Positions 26,494-36,459 are shown, counted from the first letter of the stretch. The stretch is 64,000 nt of DNA from Patescibacteria group bacterium (GCA_041650995.1 JBAZJZ010000001.1:491302-555301); one strand, 5' to 3'. Notes: generated from the letters alone by a model not told the origin. Program-made: numbers and translations.

Positions 26494-28383
26494 TTATTCT
26501 ATTGGCCACGTGCAACCCGCGCCAGTTGGGTCAGTACAACTTGTTCCCCCGGCCGGGCCAATTGGCTCATAAAAACAATTTTGATAAATATCTTTTATTC
26601 TATGCGTTGCCCGCGGAAAATATCTTACAAGCCGCTCAAGAACATCTTCCCCATCGCAAGTCGGCGCCGGAGCGGGCGCCACGGTACTTTCAATAAAATT
26701 TCCATGGTAAATTATGGCTTTGTGTTTTTCCGGCGTTCCTCCACGCGGTGTGGGCGTGCCAAGAGCGTCTGTCCCCTCTCCCCCCAAAGTAAACCAAATC
26801 GCGCATTTTTCTTGCTCGTTGTCGTCCAAAATAATATTCTCCGAAGAAAAACTTGTCACACTCATTTGTTTGCTAAACTGCATTTCAACAGGCGCATCGA
26901 GCGGGACATCGCCTACCTCCGCCGGCACATTGGGCGGACCGGGTTTTACCGCTTCAATCCGCGGCGGAATTAAATCAATTGTATTATTGGTAGAAAAATC
27001 CCAAGGATAATTATCAGCGGTCGGTCCTTCGGCCGTGCCGTTTCCATTGCCATCCAAAGAATTGCCGACGACATCGGTCGTGCCGGTGTAGGGCATTTCC
27101 GCTTCCGGCGGAGTTGTGCCAAGCCGCGCGGCTTTTACGGTCACGGCAATATCCGCATCAGAGGGCAAACAGAAAACATCGCCGCCGCAAGAATTTGTTC
27201 CGCACCGAAAATCCGTTGTAAATTCTATTGTTTTATATTGATTGCCAATTGCCCAAGTACCGGCAACCGGCCCGGGAACTGGCACTCCGTCGGCCAAAAC
27301 TTCAATTTTATCAAATCCTTCTGAAGTTTTTCCGGCCACGGTCGTTGGATCCATGGCTTCATCAAAATTTACTTGTACTAAAATATTTCTGGCATTTTCT
27401 GTCCCATCTCCCGGAATCACGCTTTCCACTTTTGGCGGCGTAACATCAACAAAAGTGCTTACTTCAAAATCCCAGGCGTATCCATCGCCAAACGCGCCGG
27501 TGAACGCATCGCCTCCGTCGGCCTTTTTCAATCCAGGTTTCAATGCTACCGTATACCAAATATTTTCCGACGGACTTCCTAAAAGTTCCGCGGGATCAAA
27601 AGTGAAATTTTTCAAATCAGTGGTAAAACCGACTCTTGCCTGATTTGGCTGCAAAAAATTCTCTGGTTGTGGCGCGCCCGGCGTCGGCGGCGTACCGTAT
27701 TCACCTTGAAGTGATTGATAAATTCTGATATTTTCACTTTTTATCGGTAAAATCGTAGCTGACGTAATAAGTACTCCCCCGAGCGTGTCATCACCAGGAT
27801 TGGCTGGATCGTTAATTTCATAACCTTCAATAATCGTATCCAATGCCATCGGTTCTTTAAAAGTAATAATTACTTTCGTATTTCTCGCGATGCCCGTGCC
27901 GCCGCGCGGCGGATAATGACTTTCAATAATGCTGTTGCCGAGCGCTCCGCTGTAACGGCCCACTGCCGGCGGACCAGTCGGCCCTCCTCCGGGACCACCT
28001 CCGCCCGTAAGCGCACCTATTAAAGTATTTAAAACAAATTGCGTAATGCCAAAAGCCATTAAGATAATAACTAAACCAATTATTCCGTTCGTCAAAATCT
28101 TTTTGGCCGTGGCAATTTTTTCTTCATTCCCGGCCGAGGTCATCCATACAAATCCGCCGTAAAGAACAATGCCCACCGCGATGATTCCCAAAAAACCGAG
28201 CGCCACTCTTACGATTTTAGCGGCGATAACTCGAGGATCGCCTTCTACTAAATTAATCTGATTACCCACTTCATTCAAACCAAAATTTTGAGCTAAAGCT
28301 ATTTGGACAAATAAAAGACTGACCGCGAGGACGGCTAAACAAGCTAAAATCTTTAACGCTTTTTTAACTTGCATGTGCGGCAA
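26494..28383 (-). CDS. Surface protein paralog (629 aa). It carries the same N-terminal signal-plus-two-helix module and Gly/Pro linker as the giant protein, followed by Ig-like beta-rich domains.
   Basis: N-terminal residues about 30-130 are roughly 75% identical to the giant protein (QNFGLNEVGNQI...GFVWMTSAGNEEKI...FGITQFVLN). A GGGGPGGGPTGPP linker follows. Confidence 0.8.
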   Translation of the reverse strand: MPHMQVKKALKILACLAVLAVSLLFVQIALAQNFGLNEVGNQINLVEGDPRVIAAKIVRVALGFLGIIAVGIVLYGGFVWMTSAGNEEKIATAKKILTNGIIGLVIILMAFGITQFVLNTLIGALTGGGGPGGGPTGPPAVGRYSGALGNSIIESHYPPRGGTGIARNTKVIITFKEPMALDTIIEGYEINDPANPGDDTLGGVLITSATILPIKSENIRIYQSLQGEYGTPPTPGAPQPENFLQPNQARVGFTTDLKNFTFDPAELLGSPSENIWYTVALKPGLKKADGGDAFTGAFGDGYAWDFEVSTFVDVTPPKVESVIPGDGTENARNILVQVNFDEAMDPTTVAGKTSEGFDKIEVLADGVPVPGPVAGTWAIGNQYKTIEFTTDFRCGTNSCGGDVFCLPSDADIAVTVKAARLGTTPPEAEMPYTGTTDVVGNSLDGNGNGTAEGPTADNYPWDFSTNNTIDLIPPRIEAVKPGPPNVPAEVGDVPLDAPVEMQFSKQMSVTSFSSENIILDDNEQEKCAIWFTLGGEGTDALGTPTPRGGTPEKHKAIIYHGNFIESTVAPAPAPTCDGEDVLERLVRYFPRATHRIKDIYQNCFYEPIGPAGGTSCTDPTGAGCTWPIE

Positions 28384-28418
28384 AGTTAAATTTTTTACTT
28401 TTGCGTTTTTGTTTTGGT

Positions 28419-28883
28419 TTACTTTTTCTCTAAAAATTCTTTCACCATTTTACTTACCGCGTCTCCGCTTGCTCTTCCGCCGGCCGCCTTCATCACCGCG
28501 CCCATTACTTTTCCAAAATCTCCCGGGCCAGAAGCGCCGAGCTCTTTAATTTTTTCTTCAACGATTTTTCTGAGCTCATCTTCCGGAAGTTCTGCCGGCA
28601 AATATTTTGCCAAAATTTCCATTTCTGATTTTTCTTTTGACGCTAGCTCAGCCCGCCCGCCTTTTTCGTAATCAGCGATCGAGTCTTTGTGTTTTTTGAC
28701 TTCGGAATTTATGACCTTTATTACTTCATCATCTCCAAATTCTTTTCTTCCGCCGGCAATTTCCGCGTTCAAAATCGCGGCCCGAAGCAGGCCGAGGGTG
28801 GAAACCACGGCTTCATTCTTTTCTTTTCGGGCACCAACAAAATCTTTTTCGATTTGTTCTTTCAAAATCATGGTAGAGAACAA
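28419..28883 (-). CDS. GatB/YqeY domain protein
   Basis: The product aligns with the YqeY family (…LGLLRAAILNAEIA… …DFGKVMGAVMK…). Confidence 0.75.
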   Translation of the reverse strand: MFSTMILKEQIEKDFVGARKEKNEAVVSTLGLLRAAILNAEIAGGRKEFGDDEVIKVINSEVKKHKDSIADYEKGGRAELASKEKSEMEILAKYLPAELPEDELRKIVEEKIKELGASGPGDFGKVMGAVMKAAGGRASGDAVSKMVKEFLEKK

Positions 28884-28885
28884 AC

Positions 28886-29137
28886 TTACCTTCTAAATTT
28901 ATTTCTTGTTTCAAACTCGTCTTTGAGTTTGCCGATTTTTTTCAAGTATTCGCGTTTTTTTTTGATTTCCTCGCGGCGAAGCGCTGAAGCGCGCTGCAAA
29001 TTGCGGCTTTTTCCTGATGTATGGAATCTGATTTTTTTCGCTTGCAATAATTTTCCGCTTTGCTGAACGCGACGGCTAAATCTCCTCATCATGCTTTCAA
29101 AAGTTTCTCCCCTTTTTCTTTTTACTTCTTGAGCCAT
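28886..29137 (-). CDS. rpsU: 30S ribosomal protein S21
   Basis: It is a small basic protein whose N-terminus resembles S21 (…RRFSRRVQQSGKL…). Confidence 0.65.
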   Translation of the reverse strand: MAQEVKRKRGETFESMMRRFSRRVQQSGKLLQAKKIRFHTSGKSRNLQRASALRREEIKKKREYLKKIGKLKDEFETRNKFRR

Positions 29138-29191
29138 TCTTTCACCTCTCTTTCTTAAGATTATGATTATTTTATTATATGATAAATTTAA

Positions 29192-30574
29192 TTATTTGAC
29201 CACACCGTTTGTTAATTTCTTTTTCATTTCCTGAACAATCTTAACAAAATCCACGATTTCTTGAGAACCACCCTCCATATCCCTAATGATAATTGTGCCA
29301 TCAAGCACTTCTTTTTGACCTAAAAGCAACGCGTACTTCGCGCCAAGCTTATTGGCAATTTCAAGCTGCTTTTTTAATCCCTCTTTAGTCAAGCCATGAG
29401 TAATATAAAATCCGGCACGACGCAAATCCTCAATCAGGGCAAAACTTTTCTTTCTCGCTTGTTCACCAAGCTGCGCCAAGAAAATATCCGGAACGGTAAG
29501 TGGAGGAACTTCAATGTTGTTTTCTTTTATTTTCAAAATCAACCGTTCCACGCCGAGCGCCACGCCGCAAGCCGGAGTAGGTCGACCACCCAAAATCTCA
29601 ACCAGGTTGTCATATCTCCCCCCTCCACCCAAAGCTTCTAATTTTTGGTCCGTAGCCTGATTTTCTTCAGAAAAAAATTCAAAAACGGTTTTAGTGTAAT
29701 AATCCAGGCCGCGCACAAGATATGGGTTCAAATTATAAGGAACAGCCGCGTCGTCAAGATATTCCAAAACTCGAACAAAATGATTTTTACAATCATCACA
29801 AAGATAATCAACAATTTGCGGCGCACCTTCTTTCAACGGCTCACAACCCGCTTCTTTACAATCTAAAATGCGCAAAGGATTTTTAATTAATCTTTTTTTA
29901 CATTCTTCGCAAAGCGAGCTCCGGCGCTCGCGATAATAATTTACTAATTTATTTTTATAAGACTCACGGCACTTGGAGCAACCAATGCTATTTATCTGAA
30001 CATTAATTTTTAATCCCAAAGACTGGATCAAGTTGTAGGTTAAAAAAATTATTTCCGCGTCAATCACAGCATTGCCATCACCCAAAGATTCAAAGCCAAA
30101 CTGATGGAACGATCGAAGCCGGCCAGCTTGCGGACGTTCATGGCGAAACATCGGACCAAAATAAAAGAATTTTACCGGTTGCGGAAGATTTATCATGCCA
30201 TGCTGAACATAAGCTCTCGCGATAGAAGCCGTTGCTTCGGGCCGCAGACATACATTTTCTCCGCCGCGATCAGTAAAGGTAAACATTTCCTTGCCAACAA
30301 TGTCTGTTTCTCCGCCAACCGCCCGGTTAAATAAAGCTGTTTCTTCCAAAATCGGCGTCTCAATAAATTCATAACCGTAATTATTAGAAAAATTTTCCGC
30401 CCGAGTTTTAACTAAATGCCAATACTTATATTCTCCCGGCAAAAGATCTTTCATCCCCCGAAGCGTCTGAAAAACTCTTGTTTTTTGCGGACCAACAGCT
30501 TTACCTTTTTTCTGCTTTTTAACCGCTACTCGCGGCTTTTTTGCTTTTTTTTGAATTTTTACTTTTTTTGCCAT
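29192..30574 (-). CDS. hisS: Histidyl-tRNA synthetase with a roughly 35-aa Lys-rich N-terminal extension
   Basis: The class II aaRS motifs and the HisRS-specific RGMKD motif are present, along with a C-terminal anticodon-binding domain. The N-terminus begins MAKKVKIQKKAKKPRVAVKKQKKGK. Confidence 0.9.
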   Translation of the reverse strand: MAKKVKIQKKAKKPRVAVKKQKKGKAVGPQKTRVFQTLRGMKDLLPGEYKYWHLVKTRAENFSNNYGYEFIETPILEETALFNRAVGGETDIVGKEMFTFTDRGGENVCLRPEATASIARAYVQHGMINLPQPVKFFYFGPMFRHERPQAGRLRSFHQFGFESLGDGNAVIDAEIIFLTYNLIQSLGLKINVQINSIGCSKCRESYKNKLVNYYRERRSSLCEECKKRLIKNPLRILDCKEAGCEPLKEGAPQIVDYLCDDCKNHFVRVLEYLDDAAVPYNLNPYLVRGLDYYTKTVFEFFSEENQATDQKLEALGGGGRYDNLVEILGGRPTPACGVALGVERLILKIKENNIEVPPLTVPDIFLAQLGEQARKKSFALIEDLRRAGFYITHGLTKEGLKKQLEIANKLGAKYALLLGQKEVLDGTIIIRDMEGGSQEIVDFVKIVQEMKKKLTNGVVK

Positions 30575-30580
30575 ACTTAA

Positions 30581-31216
30581 TTACTGATTATACTCGGGTG
30601 TTTCAAAAACTTTTAACTTATTGAATGGCCAACCCCTAAACCACACCTTACCAACAATACTTTCTCTTTTAATCGGGCCAAAACTTCTTGAATCAAAACT
30701 CGCCAGACGGTTGTCGCCCATTATAAAATACTCGTCCATACCAAGAGAAATCGTCCGATCACCAAAAGTTTTAACATCATCATCTAAATAGTCTTCTTCA
30801 AGGCGTAATCCTTCTCGATTTTCGCTGTTAAAAACCGTAATTTTTCCGTCTTTTATTTCCAGCGTCTCGTTAGGTAAACCAAGAATTCTTTTTATAAAAT
30901 ACTGGCTCGGGTCCCGCGGATATTTGAAAACCACAATATCTCCCCTTTCCGGTTCGTTAAAGCGATAACTTATTTCATTAATAATCAAATATTCATGATC
31001 GAAAAAATTCGGCTCCATGGACGCGCCCTTGACGTAAAACGGCTGGATTAAAAAATATCGCACCGGCACGATGATGGCCAGAGAAATCAAAATCACCTTT
31101 ATTATTTCCAACGTATACTCTGTAAAACGCTTTATAGTATTTTCTTTTTTAATTTGATTTCCGGATTCTACCGGCGGTTCAGCTTGTTCGGGTAAATTTT
31201 TATTTAATATTGGCAT
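30581..31216 (-). CDS. lepB: Signal peptidase I
   Basis: S26 motifs are present: GASMEPNF (catalytic Ser), and GDNR..S.DSR near the C-terminus. Confidence 0.85.
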   Translation of the reverse strand: MPILNKNLPEQAEPPVESGNQIKKENTIKRFTEYTLEIIKVILISLAIIVPVRYFLIQPFYVKGASMEPNFFDHEYLIINEISYRFNEPERGDIVVFKYPRDPSQYFIKRILGLPNETLEIKDGKITVFNSENREGLRLEEDYLDDDVKTFGDRTISLGMDEYFIMGDNRLASFDSRSFGPIKRESIVGKVWFRGWPFNKLKVFETPEYNQ

Positions 31217-31253
31217 AATTTATTAACGTTAAATTAATATCAGGAAATTTTTT

Positions 31254-31330
31254 TGGTGGACGATGGAGGATTCGAACCTCCGACCTTTCGAATGTGAATC
31301 GAACGCTCTAACCAGCTGAGCTAATCGTCC
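31254..31330 (-). tRNA. tRNA-Val (anticodon CAC)
   Basis: It folds into a 77-nt cloverleaf by hand: acceptor GGACGAT/ATCGTCC, anticodon loop TTCACAT, T-loop TTCGAAT, with CCA encoded. Confidence 0.85.
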
Positions 31331-31546
31331 GCAAGGGACGAAGTAACAAAATTTAAGCAAGACTCTCTTGCCTTTACCAAATTTATATTTTAATATCCAC
31401 ATTATAGCACGCGAACTTTATAAAAGCAAGTTATTTTTTATACCCGAAATATAGTCGATTTTAACTTAAAAAATATTAAAATTTCGCCTTTTACTGATTT
31501 TGTTATATAATGGAAAAATACCAAATAATTTTTACCTCAAAAAATA

Positions 31547-32992
31547 ATGAAGATAAATCTCCTGGAAAAAAATCTAGCGCCAACTCCCAAAAAGGGTCTG
31601 TCTATTTTCTGGAAATCGGCGATTGCCTGCGCGGTTATCGCCCCGCTTTTTTTGGTTCAGACAACTTTCTTAAAAGGAAATTTCAATCCCTTTTTAAAAA
31701 TTGGCGCGGCGCTGCAAACTTTTGAATTTAGCAACATTACCGAGTGGGTTAGCCAGATTGGAAAGTTAATCAGAAGCGAAGATAAAATTTTAAATGGAGA
31801 AAAAGACGGCCGAATAAATTTTTTACTGCTGGGCATGGGCGGGGCGGGACACGATGGCGCGTATCTTACCGACACAATGATTGTTGCCAGCTTCCAGCCC
31901 AAAGAAAAAAAAGTTGCCATGATTTCCATCCCCCGCGATTTAGCTGTTCCCATGTCTGGCTACGGCTGGCGGAAAATAAATAATGTTAACGCTTTTGCCG
32001 AAGCCAAAGAAAAAGGCAGCGGCGGTGAAGCTGCTATGGCGGTTGTAAGTGAAGTATTGGATATTCCTATACATTATTATATACGAGCCGATTTCCAGGG
32101 CTTTGAAACTTTAATTGATAAACTGGGTGGAGTTTCTGTATATGTTGACCGATCTTTCACTGACTACAAATATCCGACTGCCGACGAAAAATATCAAACT
32201 CTTACCTTTGAAGAAGGCTGGCAAACAATGGACGGCGATACGGCTTTAAAATTCGTCCGCTCCCGCCATGGCACGAATGGCGAAGCATCAGATTTCGCTC
32301 GAAGCAGGCGCCAGCAAAAAATTCTCGTGGCCTTAAAAGAAAAAATTCTTTCTTTCAGCACACTTTTAAATCCCATTAAAATCCAAAGTATTTTTGACGC
32401 AGTAAAAAATTCCATTGATACAAATATGGAAATGTGGGAAATTGTGCGAATGAGCCACTTGGCGCGCGACGTTGATACGGAAAAAATTATCCATCAAGTT
32501 TTAACCGCCGATCAAGAAGGACTGCTTGTGGCCGCGAACATTGACGGCGCCTATGTCCTGGAACCGCGGGCGGGAAATTTCAGTGAAATACAATTTTTAG
32601 TAAAAAATATTTTTAATGTCGCCTCTGAAATAAATTTTGAAGATAAACCCAAACCAACTTACCTTGAAATTCAAAATGGAACAAAGATAGCTGGCTTAGC
32701 TTCACGCACTGCTGAAATGCTCAAAAAATTTGATTACAAAATATCAAAAGTAAGTAACGCCGCCGAACAAAACCATGAAAAGACCATTATTTACGATCTG
32801 ACCGAAGGGGCAAAAAATGACAACCTGAATTTTTTAAAAGAAAAATTAAACGCTGAGGTTTCTCTTTCTATTCCCTCATGGCTTACAAATTCAACTACTC
32901 CTGGAGAAATCGCCCTTTTTGATTCTTCTACAACGGCGGCAAATAATTCAACTGACTTTTTAATTATCCTTGGTAAAAACGTCACTTTCTAA
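31547..32992 (+). CDS. LytR-CpsA-Psr (LCP) family cell-envelope phosphotransferase
   Basis: There is an N-terminal TM anchor. The LCP core motif region reads YLTDTMIVASF...ISIPRDLAV. Confidence 0.8.
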   Translation: MKINLLEKNLAPTPKKGLSIFWKSAIACAVIAPLFLVQTTFLKGNFNPFLKIGAALQTFEFSNITEWVSQIGKLIRSEDKILNGEKDGRINFLLLGMGGAGHDGAYLTDTMIVASFQPKEKKVAMISIPRDLAVPMSGYGWRKINNVNAFAEAKEKGSGGEAAMAVVSEVLDIPIHYYIRADFQGFETLIDKLGGVSVYVDRSFTDYKYPTADEKYQTLTFEEGWQTMDGDTALKFVRSRHGTNGEASDFARSRRQQKILVALKEKILSFSTLLNPIKIQSIFDAVKNSIDTNMEMWEIVRMSHLARDVDTEKIIHQVLTADQEGLLVAANIDGAYVLEPRAGNFSEIQFLVKNIFNVASEINFEDKPKPTYLEIQNGTKIAGLASRTAEMLKKFDYKISKVSNAAEQNHEKTIIYDLTEGAKNDNLNFLKEKLNAEVSLSIPSWLTNSTTPGEIALFDSSTTAANNSTDFLIILGKNVTF

Positions 32993-32998
32993 ATAACC

Positions 32999-34360
32999 AT
33001 GAAATTTACTGTTGCTATTGTTGGCCGAGCCAACGTGGGAAAATCAACCCTCTTTAATCGCCTGCTTGAACGGCCGAAAGCAATTGTCTCCCCCCTGGCC
33101 GGAACAACTCGCGATCGAAATTACGGTCAAGCTCGTTGGCGCGGCCGTGATTTTGAAGTTGTTGATACCGGCGGTCTGGAAGCTGCGGAATTTTTTTCTG
33201 GAGGCATAAAAAAACAAGTGGATATTGCCATCCAAAAAGCCGACCTGGCGCTTTTTTTGGTTGATTTAAAAGATGGCCTTATGCCTCAAGACCGCGCCAT
33301 CGCGAAATTTTTAAAAAAATTAAAAAAACCTGTTCTCCTGGTTGGCAACAAAGCTGATACACCGAAACTTTTTGACGAAGTAGAAAATAAAGAATGGTTA
33401 AAACTTACTTTCGGAAAACCCCTGGCCGTTTCCGCCGCGAATGGCGCCGGAACGGGAGATCTGCTTGATAAAATTTTTAAATTTTTAAAAAAAGAAAAAT
33501 TTGACGAAAAAACACCTGAAGAAATCTCCGCCGTGACACCGATTAAAGTGGCAATTGTGGGAAAACCAAACGCCGGAAAATCTTCGCTTCTAAACTCACT
33601 TTTGGGAGAAGAGAGAGTTCTCGTCAGTGAAGTTCCTTTTACCACCCGCGAACCGCAGGATATGATTTTGCTTTATCGAGATCAACCATTTCTTTTAATT
33701 GACACTGTGGGAATGAGAAAGAAGGCGCGAATTGATCCTGGCTTGGAAAAAGTTGGTGTCCGAAGAAGCATTGCCGCCCTGGATCGGGCTGATGTTATTC
33801 TTTTTATCACTGAAGCTCAAGAACAAATGACCTCGCAAGATAAACATCTCTCCGAATTGATTTTAGAAAAAAATGCCGGTCTCATCATTGTTGCCAATAA
33901 ATGGGATTTGGTAAAAAAAGAAGGACCGAAAACCATGAATCTTTTTGTGGACTACTACCATCGCTTCTTCCCCTACCTCGATTGGGCGCCCGTCGTTTTT
34001 GTGTCGGCGAAGACCGGAGAAAAAGTTGGAAAAATTCTTGACCTTGTTCTTGAAATAAAAAATAAGAGAGAAAAATTTATCAAATCTGAAGATTTAAAAA
34101 AATTTCTAAAAGAAACTTTAGCCAAGCACTGGACAATTATTCATCGCCGAAAAAAATCCGGCGCGGGCGCGCGGCCAAAACTAATCAATCTTGTCCAGGA
34201 AGGGATAAACCCCCCGAAATTTCATCTCGTCACTACTTCTAAAGCAGAGCTGCCTGAAGGTTTTATAAAATTTATTGAAAAAAAATTCCGCGAACGTTTT
34301 GATTTTACCGGCACGCCAATAAAATTGGGCGTAAGACATATCAAAAAAAATAAAGAATAA
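32999..34360 (+). CDS. der: Ribosome biogenesis GTPase Der (EngA), two tandem GTPase domains
   Basis: Two P-loops (GRANVGKST and GKPNAGKSS) are followed by a KH-like C-terminal domain. Confidence 0.9.
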   Translation: MKFTVAIVGRANVGKSTLFNRLLERPKAIVSPLAGTTRDRNYGQARWRGRDFEVVDTGGLEAAEFFSGGIKKQVDIAIQKADLALFLVDLKDGLMPQDRAIAKFLKKLKKPVLLVGNKADTPKLFDEVENKEWLKLTFGKPLAVSAANGAGTGDLLDKIFKFLKKEKFDEKTPEEISAVTPIKVAIVGKPNAGKSSLLNSLLGEERVLVSEVPFTTREPQDMILLYRDQPFLLIDTVGMRKKARIDPGLEKVGVRRSIAALDRADVILFITEAQEQMTSQDKHLSELILEKNAGLIIVANKWDLVKKEGPKTMNLFVDYYHRFFPYLDWAPVVFVSAKTGEKVGKILDLVLEIKNKREKFIKSEDLKKFLKETLAKHWTIIHRRKKSGAGARPKLINLVQEGINPPKFHLVTTSKAELPEGFIKFIEKKFRERFDFTGTPIKLGVRHIKKNKE

Positions 34361-34367
34361 TAATTTT

Positions 34368-34940
34368 ATGAAAATTATTGTCGGCCTGGGAAATCCTGGG
34401 GAAAAATACGAGAACACGCGGCATAACGCTGGCTTCTTTATAATTGAAAATTTAAAACTAGAGAATGAAAATTTTTCCGGATGGAAATTAAATAAAAAAT
34501 TCAACGCGGAAATTTCCGAAGGAAAGATTGGCGGGGGAAAAATTGTTTTGCTAAAACCCCTCACTTTTATGAATAACTCTGGACAAACCGTTGCCGCCGC
34601 CGCGCATTTTTACAAAATAAAACCGGATAATATTTTAGTAATCCACGACGACATCGATTTGCCGCTCGGGAAAATTAGAGTAAAAAAAGACGGGTCGTCT
34701 GGCGGCCACCGCGGCGTGGAATCGATTATTACGGCGCTCAATTCGGAAAATTTTTCCCGATTAAAAATCGGCGTCGGACCAAAGGAACGTCCAAAAAATT
34801 TTGACGCGGCAAATTTTGTTTTAAAAAAATTTAGCAAAAGCGAAGAAAAAACCGCCGGCGATATTACCAAAAAAGCAACCGAGGCGGTCGCTATGATTTT
34901 GGCCGAGGGAGTTAGCGCGGCGATGAATAAATTTAATTAA
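34368..34940 (+). CDS. pth: Peptidyl-tRNA hydrolase
   Basis: The N-terminus reads MKIIVGLGNPGEKYENTRHNAGF. Confidence 0.9.
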   Translation: MKIIVGLGNPGEKYENTRHNAGFFIIENLKLENENFSGWKLNKKFNAEISEGKIGGGKIVLLKPLTFMNNSGQTVAAAAHFYKIKPDNILVIHDDIDLPLGKIRVKKDGSSGGHRGVESIITALNSENFSRLKIGVGPKERPKNFDAANFVLKKFSKSEEKTAGDITKKATEAVAMILAEGVSAAMNKFN

Positions 34941-34953
34941 AAAAATAATCCCG

Positions 34954-34990
34954 CAGTACTGCGGGATACCAAAATTTTTAATTTTTCGTT
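34954..34990 (+). terminator. Rho-independent terminator (CCCGCAGT/ACTGCGGG perfect palindrome followed by a T-rich stretch) after pth
   Basis: An 8-bp perfect stem is followed by ATACCAAAATTTTTAATTTTT. Confidence 0.6.
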
Positions 34991-35262
34991 TTTAACTTTT
35001 AATTTGAGGAGTGTGACGACGATTTTGTCCGTAACACTGCCTGCAAGCGTAAAGTCTATTCCGAAAACGGAAAAAACTTTAACTTATGGTTACTTGCTAG
35101 ATCAGGAGGGGTGATCATCGCGTTCACCGCTCACAGGCAGAGGCACAAACACAATCTCAAATATCTTGATATCTTAACAGAAATTGCTGTTTTTTGTCAA
35201 GACTCAAGCTTCGAGATTTTACAACGGTTTTCATACTCTATCTGGAAATAAAATATCCTTCC

Positions 35263-36363
35263 ATGAACTCCCAAGACGACTTAAAATACTGGGTCGCTAT
35301 CTCCAAATATCCGAAAATTGGCGCAATCCGCCTCATGAAACTTTTTAATTTTTTCCATTCCATGAAAGAAGCCTGGGCGGCTTCTTTTTCTGATCTGCGA
35401 AGAGCCGGACTTGATGAAAATATTATCCATGATTTTCTGGCTCAAAAAATGATCATTAATCCTGACGCTGAATGGGAAAAGCTGGTTAAAGAAAACATCT
35501 CCATCCTAACAATAAACGATCCCGGATATCCAAAATTACTAAAAGAAATCTGGAATCCGCCCGCGATTTTATATGTTAAAGGCACTCTACCGGCTGATGA
35601 TGAATTTAACTTAGCCGTTGTTGGCACAAGAAAAATTAGCACATACGGCCGACAATTAACCTCACTTTTAACCGGCGAATTAGTACAAAATGGTTTTAAT
35701 ATTATAAGCGGCCTGGCTTTGGGAGTTGACGCGCTTGCCCATCAAACAACCGTGCGGCTCGGCGGGAAAACCGTGGCCGTGCTCGGTTCTGGCATTGATA
35801 GTGAAAGTATTTATCCAACAGGAAATAGATTTCTGGCTTCGGAAATTATAAAAACCGGCGGAGCCATAATTTCTGAATATCCCCTGGGTACTGTTGCTCT
35901 GCCGGGAAATTTTCCCCACCGAAATCGCATCGTTTCTGGACTCTCTCTTGGCACGCTTGTAATTGAAGCGGCCGAAGAATCCGGCGCCCTAATCACTGCT
36001 CAATGCTCCTTGGAACAAAATCGCGAAGTTTTCGCCGTGCCTGGCAGTATTTTTAACCCCACTTCTGTTGGACCGAATAAATTGATAAAACTGGGTGCCA
36101 AAGCTGTAACGGAAGTCCGCGATATTTTGGAGACACTGAATTTAGTCCAAGCGGCCGATTTTACCCAAAATAAAAAAATTCTCCCCTCCTCCCCAGAAGA
36201 AGAGAAAATTTTATCAAATCTCTCGGCCGAACCGACTCACGTTGATAAGCTTATCGCCGCCTCAGGCCTTGACACAGCCAAAGTTGGTGCTATACTAACC
36301 CTTATGGAAATGAAGGGAATGGTAAAAAATTTGGGCGGAATGAACTATGTGCTCGGCAAATAA
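35263..36363 (+). CDS. dprA: DNA processing protein DprA (Smf)
   Basis: A Rossmann-like DprA core is present (…LAVVGTRKISTYG…GLALGVDALAH…). The likely start is the internal ATG (MNSQDDLKYW...). Confidence 0.8.
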   Translation: MNSQDDLKYWVAISKYPKIGAIRLMKLFNFFHSMKEAWAASFSDLRRAGLDENIIHDFLAQKMIINPDAEWEKLVKENISILTINDPGYPKLLKEIWNPPAILYVKGTLPADDEFNLAVVGTRKISTYGRQLTSLLTGELVQNGFNIISGLALGVDALAHQTTVRLGGKTVAVLGSGIDSESIYPTGNRFLASEIIKTGGAIISEYPLGTVALPGNFPHRNRIVSGLSLGTLVIEAAEESGALITAQCSLEQNREVFAVPGSIFNPTSVGPNKLIKLGAKAVTEVRDILETLNLVQAADFTQNKKILPSSPEEEKILSNLSAEPTHVDKLIAASGLDTAKVGAILTLMEMKGMVKNLGGMNYVLGK

Positions 36364-36439
36364 ACATTAAAAATCAAAAAATAGTTTAGGCCAAAATTAC
36401 TAATGCCTAATTCCTAATTTCTAATAAATGTCCAATGAC

Positions 36440-36459
36440 AAAATGTCTAATGTCTAAAT
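36440..36459 (+). promoter_or_regulatory. Conserved 20-mer AAAATGTCTAATGTCTAAAT about 60-80 nt upstream of topA; a second copy of the htrA upstream motif
   Basis: It matches the reverse complement of 5872-5891 at 19 of 20 positions. TTTGGTCATTT follows in both places. Confidence 0.4.
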
